From a virus (taxonomy: Duplodnaviria; Caudoviricetes), in the IMG/VR virus record IMGVR_UViG_3300020027_000007, positions 1 through 62,149 of that record: a stretch of 62,149 bases of DNA; one strand, written 5' to 3'. Positions 54,766 through 62,149 of the stretch are shown piece after piece (the stretch's first letter is position 1; every line of letters begins with the position of its first letter). The position numbers were made by a program, and so were the translations under genes. Under the pieces are notes generated by a model. It was given only the letters and a program-made list of their open reading frames with translations, was not told where the DNA came from and did no database searches.

Positions 54766-55857
54766 ATGGCCACCAGCGTTTTCGAAGACATGCTCAGCAA
54801 GGTACGCGCCTTGCTCGCCAAGGCCGACGCCACCGAGTTCCCGGAGGAAGCCCGCATCCTTCGCGAGAAGGCAGAAGCCCTGCAATTCAAGTACAAAATC
54901 AGCATCGCCACGGCACCCGAAGCCGAACGGCGGGCAGCCCACGGGTTCACCCCGGTATGGCGCGATGTGTTCGTGTGCAGCTACGGCAACGAGTTCAGCT
55001 CGTACTACACGGGCATCGCCGGGCAGCTTGTTCGCCACGTCGACGCCAAGGCCGTGACCCTGCGGAAGGTGGTCGACGGGAAGGCGCAGGTCTTCATCCG
55101 CGTCGTTGGCTTCAGCCACGACCTGGACTACCTGGAGCTGCTGCTGGTCGGCGCAACCCTTGCTTTTGGCAAGCGCATGGAGCCCCGCAAGGACGCCAAC
55201 GAGTCGGACGCTACCAACGCGTACCGGCTGCGCATGGGCGGCATGGAGCGGCACCGTATCGCCCACGAGCTGTTCGGCCCCATCGATGACGCGGCTGCCT
55301 GGCAGTACGGGTACAACTCCAACGGGCGGTACGTGCGCACCCCGAGCAACGAGTTCAAGGCGCGCACCCGTCGGGTGACCAAGCTCATCAAGGATGGTGC
55401 TGCGGCAGCCGGTGAGAATGCAGGCGATGTGCTTGGCCAAGGCAACAACATCAAGACCTACCGCGACTCGTACGCGCAGGGCTTCTACTACACGCTGCAG
55501 AACCGGCTGCGCAACATGGCCGCTAGCCGTAGCGAGGACGAGAAGGGCTTGGTGCTCAAGTCGCTGGCAGCGCAGGTGGACGAGGAGTTCTACGGTGCGT
55601 ACCCGCACCTCGCACCCAGCACCGAAGTTGCCCAGGCTTGGGTCGACCCGTCGGCAGACTGCGCCAAGTGCCAGAAGGCGGCAGGCGGTTACTGCCGCGA
55701 GCACATGTACCTCAAGCCCAGCACGGCCAAGGTCAAGGACACCCCGTTCAACCACGGCGCGTTCAATGCCGGTGGGCACGCGGCCCGCACGGTAGACCTC
55801 GGGGCTGGGGGCACCCCTAAGGCACCGGCAGGTGCCACCCGTACGCAGCTTGGCTGA
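54766..55857 (+). CDS. DUF2786-domain protein
   Basis: KVRALLAKADATEFPEEA...KAEAL..KY N-terminus; AGGAGG RBS. Confidence 0.78.
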   Translation: MATSVFEDMLSKVRALLAKADATEFPEEARILREKAEALQFKYKISIATAPEAERRAAHGFTPVWRDVFVCSYGNEFSSYYTGIAGQLVRHVDAKAVTLRKVVDGKAQVFIRVVGFSHDLDYLELLLVGATLAFGKRMEPRKDANESDATNAYRLRMGGMERHRIAHELFGPIDDAAAWQYGYNSNGRYVRTPSNEFKARTRRVTKLIKDGAAAAGENAGDVLGQGNNIKTYRDSYAQGFYYTLQNRLRNMAASRSEDEKGLVLKSLAAQVDEEFYGAYPHLAPSTEVAQAWVDPSADCAKCQKAAGGYCREHMYLKPSTAKVKDTPFNHGAFNAGGHAARTVDLGAGGTPKAPAGATRTQLG

Positions 55858-55879
55858 GAACGGCAAACAGGCGCACACT

Positions 55880-55911
55880 GGCAGGCAGGGCCGATAGCGG
55901 TTCTGCCTGCT
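55880..55911 (+). terminator. Hairpin terminator
   Basis: ggcaggcagggccg-atag-cggttctgcctgct. Confidence 0.6.
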
Positions 55912-55941
55912 AGGGCAGGCACACTAGAGAAGGGCACGGCC

Positions 55942-56136
55942 ATGAAGGCATTAGGCATCATCCTCGTCATCCTTGGCACCCTGATTGGGTTGCCTGGCGT
56001 CATCGCATGCTTCACCATCGTTCTACTTCCCATCGGCTTACCGTTGGCGTTTGCCGGGGCAGGCATTGCAGCTCTAGGGCTGCACCTAAGGAGGGCACAT
56101 GTTCAAGCAGAAACGGCGAGGCCCGTTAGCGGCTGA
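55942..56136 (+). CDS. Small membrane protein
   Basis: Two hydrophobic segments. Confidence 0.65.
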   Translation: MKALGIILVILGTLIGLPGVIACFTIVLLPIGLPLAFAGAGIAALGLHLRRAHVQAETARPVSG

Positions 56137-56377
56137 GCTGGGCAAGAGTGTAGGCGGCGCACTGTCGCTGCTGGGCACCCTAGTGGCCGTCAAGGCGAGC
56201 CAAGAGCTGAGCGCAGTACCGGTTCGGCCTGGCGTCGTCAGGCTGTTCTCGTACGGCGACCTGTACACGCCGTTCACCGTTCCGACCGTTGCCCTTTGGG
56301 TCGGGATGGGCATTGCCAGCACGGGCGTCGTGCTGAGGCTGCTGGGCTACATACACATCTGGAAGGACAAGAAGTGA
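56099..56377 (+). CDS. Small membrane protein
   Basis: AAGGAGGG RBS; two hydrophobic segments. Confidence 0.65.
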   Translation: MFKQKRRGPLAAELGKSVGGALSLLGTLVAVKASQELSAVPVRPGVVRLFSYGDLYTPFTVPTVALWVGMGIASTGVVLRLLGYIHIWKDKK

Positions 56378-56607
56378 CGCGAGGTAGGAAGTTGCTAACG
56401 GCAACGATGGCGTGTTGGGCCATCGTTACGACCACCGGCTGGGTCGTGTTCGCCAGCAACATGCAGGAGCAGGCGGACCCCAGCCCAGTCATCCACGGCA
56501 GCGTGGACATCACCATCGCACCTACTCCGATGTCTCCAGCACCGGACCGGGCGCTGCCGGGCTATCCCATCGACCGTTGGCGTCAGTTGCAGGAGGCAAG
56601 CAAATGA
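56374..56607 (+). CDS. Small membrane or secreted protein
   Basis: GTGA coupling; N-terminal hydrophobic helix. Confidence 0.5.
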   Translation: MTRGRKLLTATMACWAIVTTTGWVVFASNMQEQADPSPVIHGSVDITIAPTPMSPAPDRALPGYPIDRWRQLQEASK

Positions 56608-56816
56608 GACGCTGGTGGGCGAAGCGAGTGAAGCTCTGGGACACGTGGCTGTCGCTGCGAGGGGCCAAGGCCAAGCTGCGAGACATCTCCTTCCGAGACA
56701 GCAACGGCGGGTACGTCTCAAAGATGGAGAGGGAGGGAGCCGAGAGCTGGTTGCGAGGGGCAACGTTCTCGTACCGCAGGGCGAGAGGGCAGAGGCCTTA
56801 TGACCAGGCCAACTAG
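56604..56816 (+). CDS. Hypothetical basic protein
   Basis: AGGAGG RBS; ATGA coupling. Confidence 0.55.
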   Translation: MRRWWAKRVKLWDTWLSLRGAKAKLRDISFRDSNGGYVSKMEREGAESWLRGATFSYRRARGQRPYDQAN

Positions 56817-57051
56817 CGGTCTCGGAAGGGGCAAGCCGCGCAAGTGCAGGCAGTGTCCTCCGGACATAAGTCAAGCCGCCACGCATCAGCCCTGCTGCTC
56901 TTCTCACAACGTACCGCTTTGCTGTCGCCACTACCGGCGCACGCACTTCGTGGAGGTCGGCCGGTGCTGCCAGCACGACGCCCGACCCGACAGCGAAGTG
57001 GTCAAGCCGCAAGACCCAGCACATCGAGATCCGGAGGAGTATTGTGGCTAA
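56800..57051 (+). CDS. Cys/His-rich small protein
   Basis: CRQC...CCSSH..PLCCRHYRRTHFVEVGRCC.H. Confidence 0.6.
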   Translation: MTRPTSGLGRGKPRKCRQCPPDISQAATHQPCCSSHNVPLCCRHYRRTHFVEVGRCCQHDARPDSEVVKPQDPAHRDPEEYCG

Positions 57052-57337
57052 GGGCAACCATCTCCAGTCGCTCGGCGAGGAGCTGGCAGCGTTGGAGAGG
57101 GACGACCCGGCCGTTGCCGAGGCGGCAGCCAGCTACACGCGCATGCGCGACCGGCTGCTCGACCGTGGCCCAGGGCTGTCGCCTAGCGCGCTGAACCGGC
57201 TGTACGACCTGAGCTCAGAACCGACTGGGAAATCCTTTCACGAGACCCACCCTGCGCCCGGCCTCCCGCAGGAAGCGGAACGGGAAATCGATTCTCCAGC
57301 TGTACCCGGCAAGGACGTTTCTCCAGGTCAGAGGTGA
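57044..57337 (+). CDS. Hypothetical protein
   Basis: GGAGGAG RBS; LERDDPAVAEAAASY motif. Confidence 0.6.
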   Translation: MAKGNHLQSLGEELAALERDDPAVAEAAASYTRMRDRLLDRGPGLSPSALNRLYDLSSEPTGKSFHETHPAPGLPQEAEREIDSPAVPGKDVSPGQR

Positions 57338-57352
57338 TTTCGGCCTGCCGTC

Positions 57353-57443
57353 TTGCCATTTCGAGGCGAAGCATGAGAAGATGCTCTTGCAAGTTGGTAA
57401 ACAGGCACCGGGGCAGCACCGCCCCACCAACCAGCCAGGAGGC
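57353..57443 (+). promoter_or_regulatory. Early promoter cassette 2: TTGCCA-18-GAAGAT plus CAGCCAGGAGGC
   Basis: Shares gtcttg.cat, ctcttgcaag and upstream ccaggtcaga with cassette 1; 12-mer at 57432-57443. Confidence 0.55.
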
Positions 57444-57447
57444 TATC

Positions 57448-57876
57448 ATGAGCAAGACCGCACTCGAAATCCGCGTTACCCCCGAGGTTACCGTGGACAA
57501 CTTCGCGGAGTCGCTTGCCAGCGGCAACGTCCAGCTCTACACCGTGCGGGGCAACGGCACTACCCGGCACATCCCCTTCTTCGCCGAGGGCACCGAGGAC
57601 CGCGAGGTTGCGGAGCAGGTTGCTGAATGGCGGGAGGACGGCCGCACGATGAAGGCCATCGCCACCGAGCTGCACCTGTCGGTGCCCAGCGTTCGGCGCA
57701 TGCTGAACAGCCTGTACCTCAGTGAAGACGTGGAGTCCTACGACGAGGAAGACATCGCCGCCATCCTGGCCGATGCCGCCGAGGTTGCCGAAGGCAACGA
57801 AGAGCCCAAGGAAGAGGTTGCCGACAGCAACGGAGCTGCGGAAGCCATCATGAGCCACCTCACCTTCCTGAAGTAA
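57448..57876 (+). CDS. HTH DNA-binding protein
   Basis: WREDGRTMKAIATELHLSVPSVRRML. Confidence 0.78.
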   Translation: MSKTALEIRVTPEVTVDNFAESLASGNVQLYTVRGNGTTRHIPFFAEGTEDREVAEQVAEWREDGRTMKAIATELHLSVPSVRRMLNSLYLSEDVESYDEEDIAAILADAAEVAEGNEEPKEEVADSNGAAEAIMSHLTFLK

Positions 57877-57963
57877 CACGAACCGCCGGGTGGTCCCATC
57901 TGCGCAAGGCAGGCGGTGGGGCCGCCCGGTACCAACGTACCGATAGTTGCGAAAGGCAAGGAA

Positions 57964-58134
57964 ATGAAAAAACCAGCCAAGACCCAGCCAACCGCGAAGC
58001 TGACTCCGAAGCAGGCGCAGAAGCTTGCGCAGACCAAGCAGGTGAACCGACAGGAGCGGCAGGCCGACCGCAGCGACGGGCACGACAGCCGCATGGCCAG
58101 GGATGGCGGCACGGGCCGTCGTCAGCGCTCATGA
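57964..58134 (+). CDS. Small basic protein
   Basis: K/R/Q-rich; ATGA coupling. Confidence 0.5.
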   Translation: MKKPAKTQPTAKLTPKQAQKLAQTKQVNRQERQADRSDGHDSRMARDGGTGRRQRS

Positions 58135-58445
58135 TTGCCTGCGAGTGGTTCGCGATGTGCACCAACGAAGCGGTAATGCTGGTACCGCACCCCGCGTTCC
58201 CGAAGGGGGTGCCCACCTGTGTGCGGTGCGCTGCCAAGGCCGGTGAGAAGGGCACCCCCATCCCGTACTACGAGGACTGGTTCAAGCTGCTCTGGAACGC
58301 AGCGCTGGCAGCCAGCGATGAGCTGGACTGGCAAGGGCCGGTGCACGAAAGCCCGCTGTTTGGCCTGCTGGAGACCATGCACGGCATTGCGGAGGACCAG
58401 CCTCAGTTCACCAAGAACGGCCACCTAGCTGAGGTGCTGGGCTAG
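58131..58445 (+). CDS. Hypothetical Zn-binding protein
   Basis: CEWFAMCTNEA...HP...VPTCVRC. Confidence 0.7.
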   Translation: MIACEWFAMCTNEAVMLVPHPAFPKGVPTCVRCAAKAGEKGTPIPYYEDWFKLLWNAALAASDELDWQGPVHESPLFGLLETMHGIAEDQPQFTKNGHLAEVLG

Positions 58446-58460
58446 GCGGCAGCTACGCTT

Positions 58461-58557
58461 GACTGGGGTCCACTTCGGGCCCCGGTCTTGTCATTTCTTG
58501 GAGAGGTGTGCTAGGCTCGAGCTTGTAAGGTTTTAACCACCCCGGCAGCCAGGAGGC
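58461..58557 (+). promoter_or_regulatory. Terminator overlapping early promoter cassette 3: TTGTCA-18-TAGGCT plus CAGCCAGGAGGC
   Basis: Hairpin gactggggtcc-acttc-gggccccggtc with T-rich tail; boxes at 58488-58493 and 58512-58517; 12-mer at 58546-58557. Confidence 0.7.
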
Positions 58558-58562
58558 ACACC

Positions 58563-58940
58563 ATGAACACCAACACCAACGCTCAGGCCCTCATCATCCC
58601 GTGCGACGACCGTTGCATGTTCGCCAAGGGCGACGAGTGCGACTGCGAGTGCGGCGGCAAGAACCACCAGCAGGGCGGCAAGCTCACTGCCAGCCAGCGC
58701 ACCATCGTCCGCACCAAGGCTGGTCGCCGCGTGAAGCACCTGACCCCCGGCACCTTTGACTTCCGCCTCGCGGAGAGCCTGTACGCCATGCGGCAGGAGG
58801 GGATGACCAAGAAGGACATCGCCCACGAGGCCAACGTGTCCGCCCCCACCGTGCGCCGCCTGCTCACCCGCTTCGAGCTCACCATGGCCGCGCTGGGCAC
58901 CCCGGTTACCCCGAACGCCGAACTGGCCGAAGCAGCCTGA
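58563..58940 (+). CDS. Zn-cluster plus HTH DNA-binding protein
   Basis: CDDRCMFAKGDECDCECGGKNH and MRQEGMTKKDIAHEANVSAPTVRRLL. Confidence 0.78.
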   Translation: MNTNTNAQALIIPCDDRCMFAKGDECDCECGGKNHQQGGKLTASQRTIVRTKAGRRVKHLTPGTFDFRLAESLYAMRQEGMTKKDIAHEANVSAPTVRRLLTRFELTMAALGTPVTPNAELAEAA

Positions 58941-58947
58941 GTGGACA

Positions 58948-59023
58948 GGGCCCCGGTCTTGCACCGGGGCCCACCCGTTCTATAGACTCATCGAGTAAGT
59001 TGTTAACCACGCAGCCAGGAGGC
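58948..59023 (+). promoter_or_regulatory. Early promoter cassette 4: TTGCAC-18-TAGACT with the -35 inside an inverted repeat, plus CAGCCAGGAGGC
   Basis: gggccccggt-cttgc-accggggccc (58948-58972); -10 at 58983-58988; 12-mer at 59012-59023. Confidence 0.7.
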
Positions 59024-59028
59024 GCACC

Positions 59029-59703
59029 ATGAACCACCGCACCCGCGAGTTCGGCAGCAAGGCCACCGACCACCGCATCGCCCAGCGCGTAGCCCGCGAC
59101 TACACCCCGGCTGCCTGGGCCGCCGACCAGGCTGCCAGCCAGCCCGCCAAGGACCCGTCAGACCAGTGGGTGGCCGACCAGCTGAGCACGGTCAAGGCCA
59201 ACGCTGGCAGCATCGAGACGCTGCTGCAGCTTTGCCTGCAGCGCACCCCCTGGGTCGCCGTGGCCGATGCCCGTGCCTGGGCCATTGCCGCCACCGCCGA
59301 GCAGGTCGCCGCCAAGGTGGACTACCTGGAGACCCTGCCGGTAGCAGCCGTTCGGGAAAACTTCCCCAGCGACAAGGCCATTCGCGAGGTTCCCGAAGGC
59401 CGCTACGCCATCACCGGCAACGACGGAGCAACCAAGTTCTACAAGGTTGACCGGCCCACCGAAGGCCGCTGGGCTGGCTACACCTTCGTCAAGGTGCAAG
59501 CCGGGGACGAGATGCACAGCCTCCGCCAGAAGAACGCACGGCTCACCGTGCTGGCTGCCATTGCCGAGGCTGGCGTAGAAGCGGCCATGCTGCGGTACGG
59601 TCGCGAGCTGGGGCACTGCGGGCACTGCGGGCGCACCCTGACCAACCCCGAGAGCCTGGAGGCGGGCATCGGCCCGATCTGCCGGGGCAAGATGGGCTTC
59701 TGA
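59029..59703 (+). CDS. DUF6011-domain protein
   Basis: VPEGRYAI...KFYKVD and C-terminal CGHCGRTLTNPESLEAGIGPIC. Confidence 0.78.
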   Translation: MNHRTREFGSKATDHRIAQRVARDYTPAAWAADQAASQPAKDPSDQWVADQLSTVKANAGSIETLLQLCLQRTPWVAVADARAWAIAATAEQVAAKVDYLETLPVAAVRENFPSDKAIREVPEGRYAITGNDGATKFYKVDRPTEGRWAGYTFVKVQAGDEMHSLRQKNARLTVLAAIAEAGVEAAMLRYGRELGHCGHCGRTLTNPESLEAGIGPICRGKMGF

Positions 59704-59716
59704 GCCGATTAGCAGG

Positions 59717-59741
59717 GCCGGTGGGGCAAGTACCCACCGGC
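59717..59741 (+). terminator. Hairpin terminator
   Basis: gccggtggg-gcaagta-cccaccggc. Confidence 0.55.
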
Positions 59742-59803
59742 AGCCTGTTAGGGGCTTAGAATCGATTCTAGGGCCGAACCATCACCACCCAGGAGGGCAC
59801 GCC

Positions 59804-59971
59804 ATGTTTGGGAAGAAGAAGCCCAAGGACGAGGTCAAGAAGCAGCGCACCAAGAAGGCGAAGGTGCCGTGGAAGAAGTGCGGGCACAAGCGCAGCTACA
59901 AGGGCGATGGCGGCAGCACCATCACGGTCATCTGCAGCCAGAACCGCAACGTGTCGCATAGGCACGACTGA
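59804..59971 (+). CDS. Small Lys-rich protein with C...C...H.H (55 aa, not in ORF track)
   Basis: AGGAGGG RBS; MFGKKKPKDEVKKQR...; TGATG coupling. Confidence 0.65.
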   Translation: MFGKKKPKDEVKKQRTKKAKVPWKKCGHKRSYKGDGGSTITVICSQNRNVSHRHD

Positions 59972-60465
59972 TGACCGGCCGAGTGCGGGCACCTGCCGCC
60001 ACAACCGAAGAGGTGTTCGAGGCGGTCTTGGCCTGTCACGAGAAGAGGGAGGACCCCGTACGACTGGTTACGAGCGCCGAGGTGGTTGGCGTGGTCGCGC
60101 ACACGCGTGGCTGCCCCGACACGTGGCCGTCAATGGCGCAGGCGCGACAGTACGTGTCAGTCAACAGCGTCAAGGCTCAGCTGGAGGTGTTGGTTGCTGA
60201 GGGCAAGCTTTGGGCGTTCAAGGGAACGCACCATGCCGTGTCCGGGCTGTACGGGCGCAGTGACAGGCACACCTACTACGTCGATGATAGCGCTCGGCAG
60301 AGGCTCTTGGAGCGTGCCGTTGCAGCCCACGCGAGTACCGTGCTGGCAGCAGCGCAGGCACACGCAGCCAACACACTCGTGCGCAAGTACAACGCCGAGT
60401 ACCTCCAGTACCTGGAGGACTACTCCCGCCTCTACCCCATCCCAGACTGGGACAAGCAATGGTAG
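59971..60465 (+). CDS. Hypothetical protein
   Basis: Translationally coupled ORF with good codon bias. Confidence 0.65.
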   Translation: MTGRVRAPAATTEEVFEAVLACHEKREDPVRLVTSAEVVGVVAHTRGCPDTWPSMAQARQYVSVNSVKAQLEVLVAEGKLWAFKGTHHAVSGLYGRSDRHTYYVDDSARQRLLERAVAAHASTVLAAAQAHAANTLVRKYNAEYLQYLEDYSRLYPIPDWDKQW

Positions 60466-60527
60466 GGGAGTTCATCATCGCGGCAGGATTTGTTGGCATC
60501 TTGTGGTTGCTCTGGAGGGCACTGTGA
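60459..60527 (+). CDS. Tiny membrane peptide (22 aa)
   Basis: MVGEFIIAAGFVGILWLLWRAL; overlaps both neighbours. Confidence 0.4.
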   Translation: MVGEFIIAAGFVGILWLLWRAL

Positions 60528-60631
60528 TTTGGACCTTGCTCGGCATGATCAACGGCAAGACGTTGCTCATCGCAACCATTGCAGGAGTCGTCGGCTTCTA
60601 CTTCACCCAGCACGGAAGGAGCGACCAGTGA
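60524..60631 (+). CDS. Tiny membrane peptide (35 aa)
   Basis: GGAGG RBS; MIWTLLGMINGKTLLIATIAGVVGFYFTQHGRSDQ; GTGA overlaps at both ends. Confidence 0.5.
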   Translation: MIWTLLGMINGKTLLIATIAGVVGFYFTQHGRSDQ

Positions 60632-61104
60632 GCCACGTGTTTGAGTTCGACAGCTTTGAGGAGGCTCAGGAGAAGATGGCTAGCGCAGAGGCCAAGGCCA
60701 ACGCAGCCGTCACGACCAGGCAGAAAGAGATTGCCTACGGCACCCATTGGCTTCGGGGCATCGATGGAGCCCACTTCTTCGAGTACGGCTACGTGCTGCC
60801 GCAGGACAACGCCGAGGCCAATCAAACCAAAGAGTCCATCCGCGCACTGCGAGACGCCTACGCACGCGGCTACCGGTTCAGCCAGGCTTTCAGCCTGTAC
60901 ACTCCGACCGGAGAGCTGGGCGACACGCACATCGCCGTCATCTGGCCCATCACGGAGGATGAGTTCAACTCTGCCTCTGCTTGTCAGTGGCAACTAACCG
61001 GCGCCGAATGGGAACGGGAGATGTTGTCTCGCATCGTCCGAGAGCTGGCTGATGCCCAGCAGACCACCGACCCCGCTTCCCCCACCCCGCAGGAGGGGCC
61101 ATGA
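60628..61104 (+). CDS. Hypothetical protein
   Basis: AAGGAG RBS; GYRFSQAFS..P.GELGDTH. Confidence 0.7.
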   Translation: MSHVFEFDSFEEAQEKMASAEAKANAAVTTRQKEIAYGTHWLRGIDGAHFFEYGYVLPQDNAEANQTKESIRALRDAYARGYRFSQAFSLYTPTGELGDTHIAVIWPITEDEFNSASACQWQLTGAEWEREMLSRIVRELADAQQTTDPASPTPQEGP

Positions 61105-61415
61105 CCGACACGCTCAACAACCTTCGTCTCGTGAAGTTGCAGGTGGCAACGAAGCGGCACGAGTGCGCCGAGTGCGTAGACCCCATCGAGAAGGGCGACC
61201 GGTATATGAGGGCTTGCCTGCCGCCAACCGTCGAGGCCTTTCCGGGGCCTGAAGTCACTCAAGAAGAAGCGTGGCAGTATGTGGACTCTGAGTGGACCTT
61301 TGAGAAGACGCATGAGCTCTGCTACTCCAAGCGATACTTCAAGCCAGTTGCCCTAGGCAACGTATTAAAAGAGGAGTTCCACCGAGTGCTCCCGGAATGG
61401 GGCCAAGATGCCTGA
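61101..61415 (+). CDS. Zn-finger protein (HECAEC...IEKGDRY...HELC)
   Basis: AGGAGG RBS; motif visible in translation. Confidence 0.7.
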   Translation: MTDTLNNLRLVKLQVATKRHECAECVDPIEKGDRYMRACLPPTVEAFPGPEVTQEEAWQYVDSEWTFEKTHELCYSKRYFKPVALGNVLKEEFHRVLPEWGQDA

Positions 61416-61824
61416 GCCGGGGGAGTACCGCAAGGCAACGGTCATCGAGTGTCTGTCCGTTGCTGGCAAGATGGAGTCGCCAGTGTGCGCCGTGCTGGCA
61501 AGCCGTGACCACCTCGTCGTCAAGCTGCACAAGATTGGAAAGGAGAAGTACATGAGCCGAGGCAACTACGAGGCTTATTGCATGGACCGAAGCGTCGTGG
61601 AGATTATGGAAGATGAACTAGATTCCATCATCTCTCGTCTCATGGACGACGGTGGGGCTGCGGACGGGAGGGATCCGGGGAGAGGAGAGTCGTTGTCTTG
61701 GGCAATCGCTCTCATCGAGAACCCCTTCGCGCCCAACATGGACCACGTCAAGAACAAGGCGATGCTGCGGTACGAGCGGACGCTACGCGAGGAGACCGAA
61801 GAGGCCACCGCCGGTCCTCAGTAG
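61408..61824 (+). CDS. Hypothetical protein
   Basis: Last ORF before cassette 5. Confidence 0.6.
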   Translation: MPEPGEYRKATVIECLSVAGKMESPVCAVLASRDHLVVKLHKIGKEKYMSRGNYEAYCMDRSVVEIMEDELDSIISRLMDDGGAADGRDPGRGESLSWAIALIENPFAPNMDHVKNKAMLRYERTLREETEEATAGPQ

Positions 61825-61879
61825 TCTGCATACCGGTAAGCGCTTTCCCATTCGGTAAGTGGACACGAGAATTCTTGTC

Positions 61880-61925
61880 GAGGTGTGATAGAGTGGGCCC
61901 GTACGTAACTACCCAGCCAGGAGGC
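61880..61925 (+). promoter_or_regulatory. Early promoter cassette 5: extended -10 gaggtgtga-TAGAGT plus CAGCCAGGAGGC
   Basis: Mirrors gaggtgtgc-TAGGCT of cassette 3; 12-mer at 61914-61925; no clear -35. Confidence 0.55.
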
Positions 61926-61930
61926 ACCAA

Positions 61931-62141
61931 GTGAGCACACAGACCAAGCGCGACAAGGCAGCGGCCAAGGCTGCTGCGGTGGTAGACGCAGCCATCGACA
62001 CGGCAACGCAGCGGCTGAGGCACGACGGCACCACGCAGACCGTTGACTTGAAGCCCAAGGCGGCCAAGCCCAAGCGGGGCGAGCTGCCGCCCGAGTTCGC
62101 GGCCATGGCTGACCAGGTGAAAGCGCTGCGAGCCGGTGGCA
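61931..62141 (+). CDS. N-terminal part of the junction-spanning gene (continues as 33..686)
   Basis: AGGAGG RBS, GTG start, frame continuous through the 126-bp overlap. Confidence 0.8.
62016..62141 (+). repeat. Terminal direct repeat / circular assembly overlap (copy 2)
   Basis: Identical to 1-126; the last 8 nt of the window diverge. Confidence 0.97.
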
Positions 62142-62149
62142 GCTCGCCC

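Larger units (their letters stand above)
1..62149 (+). mobile_element. Complete circularly permuted siphovirus-type phage genome, probably an actinobacteriophage and probably virulent
   Basis: Terminase, portal, capsid, tail, tape measure, lysis and replication modules all present on one strand; 126-bp end overlap; no integrase or repressor cassette seen. Confidence 0.93.

Noticed and set aside
62142-62149. Last 8 nt (gctcgccc) break the terminal repeat; ggcagctcgccc is the reverse complement of 62-73
   Set aside because: Most simply a chimeric or fold-back read end at the contig edge rather than a hairpin telomere; needs read-level inspection
1-62149. Apparent excess of GGCAAC/GTTGCC and apparent shortage of GATC
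   Set aside because: Impression by eye only; cannot be separated from codon-pair bias without a codon-aware k-mer count

Overview
The window looks like a complete, circularly permuted tailed-phage genome of about 62.0 kb. Bases 1-126 recur at 62016-62141 and one gene runs across that junction. The high GC, GGAGG ribosome-binding sites, r1t-type holin and DUF2786/DUF6011-type early genes suggest an actinobacterial host. Essentially all credible genes are on the + strand. I saw no integrase, CI-like repressor cassette, tRNA, CRISPR array or reverse transcriptase, so it is probably a virulent siphovirus. Layout: (i) replication/recombination at about 1-11.6 kb (SNF2 helicase, PD-(D/E)XK exonuclease, Sak4-like ATPase, SSB, Toprim-primase/MCM-like helicase fusion); (ii) an unusually rich nucleotide-chemistry block around a DnaE polymerase at about 11.8-26.6 kb (flavoprotein, asparagine-synthetase-like ligase, HAD phosphatase, Nmad1/DUF1599, possible VOC-fold protein, SDR, DUF4406, non-canonical ThyX, MazG-like protein, plus a dCMP deaminase at 30.8 kb); (iii) packaging, head and tail genes at about 27.8-50.2 kb; (iv) lysis at about 51-54.2 kb; (v) an early region at 54.5-62 kb of promoter cassettes sharing the 12-mer CAGCCAGGAGGC. 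The best candidate for an undescribed system is the block in (ii), a putative DNA base-modification pathway. Other leads are a shared I-x-P-x-x-GG leader on scaffold and capsid, a nested zinc-finger gene, two proteins with the same basic KSPF tail, a +1 UUU_CGU frameshift and several long intergenic hairpins. All functional calls come from motifs read by eye; no database searches were run.
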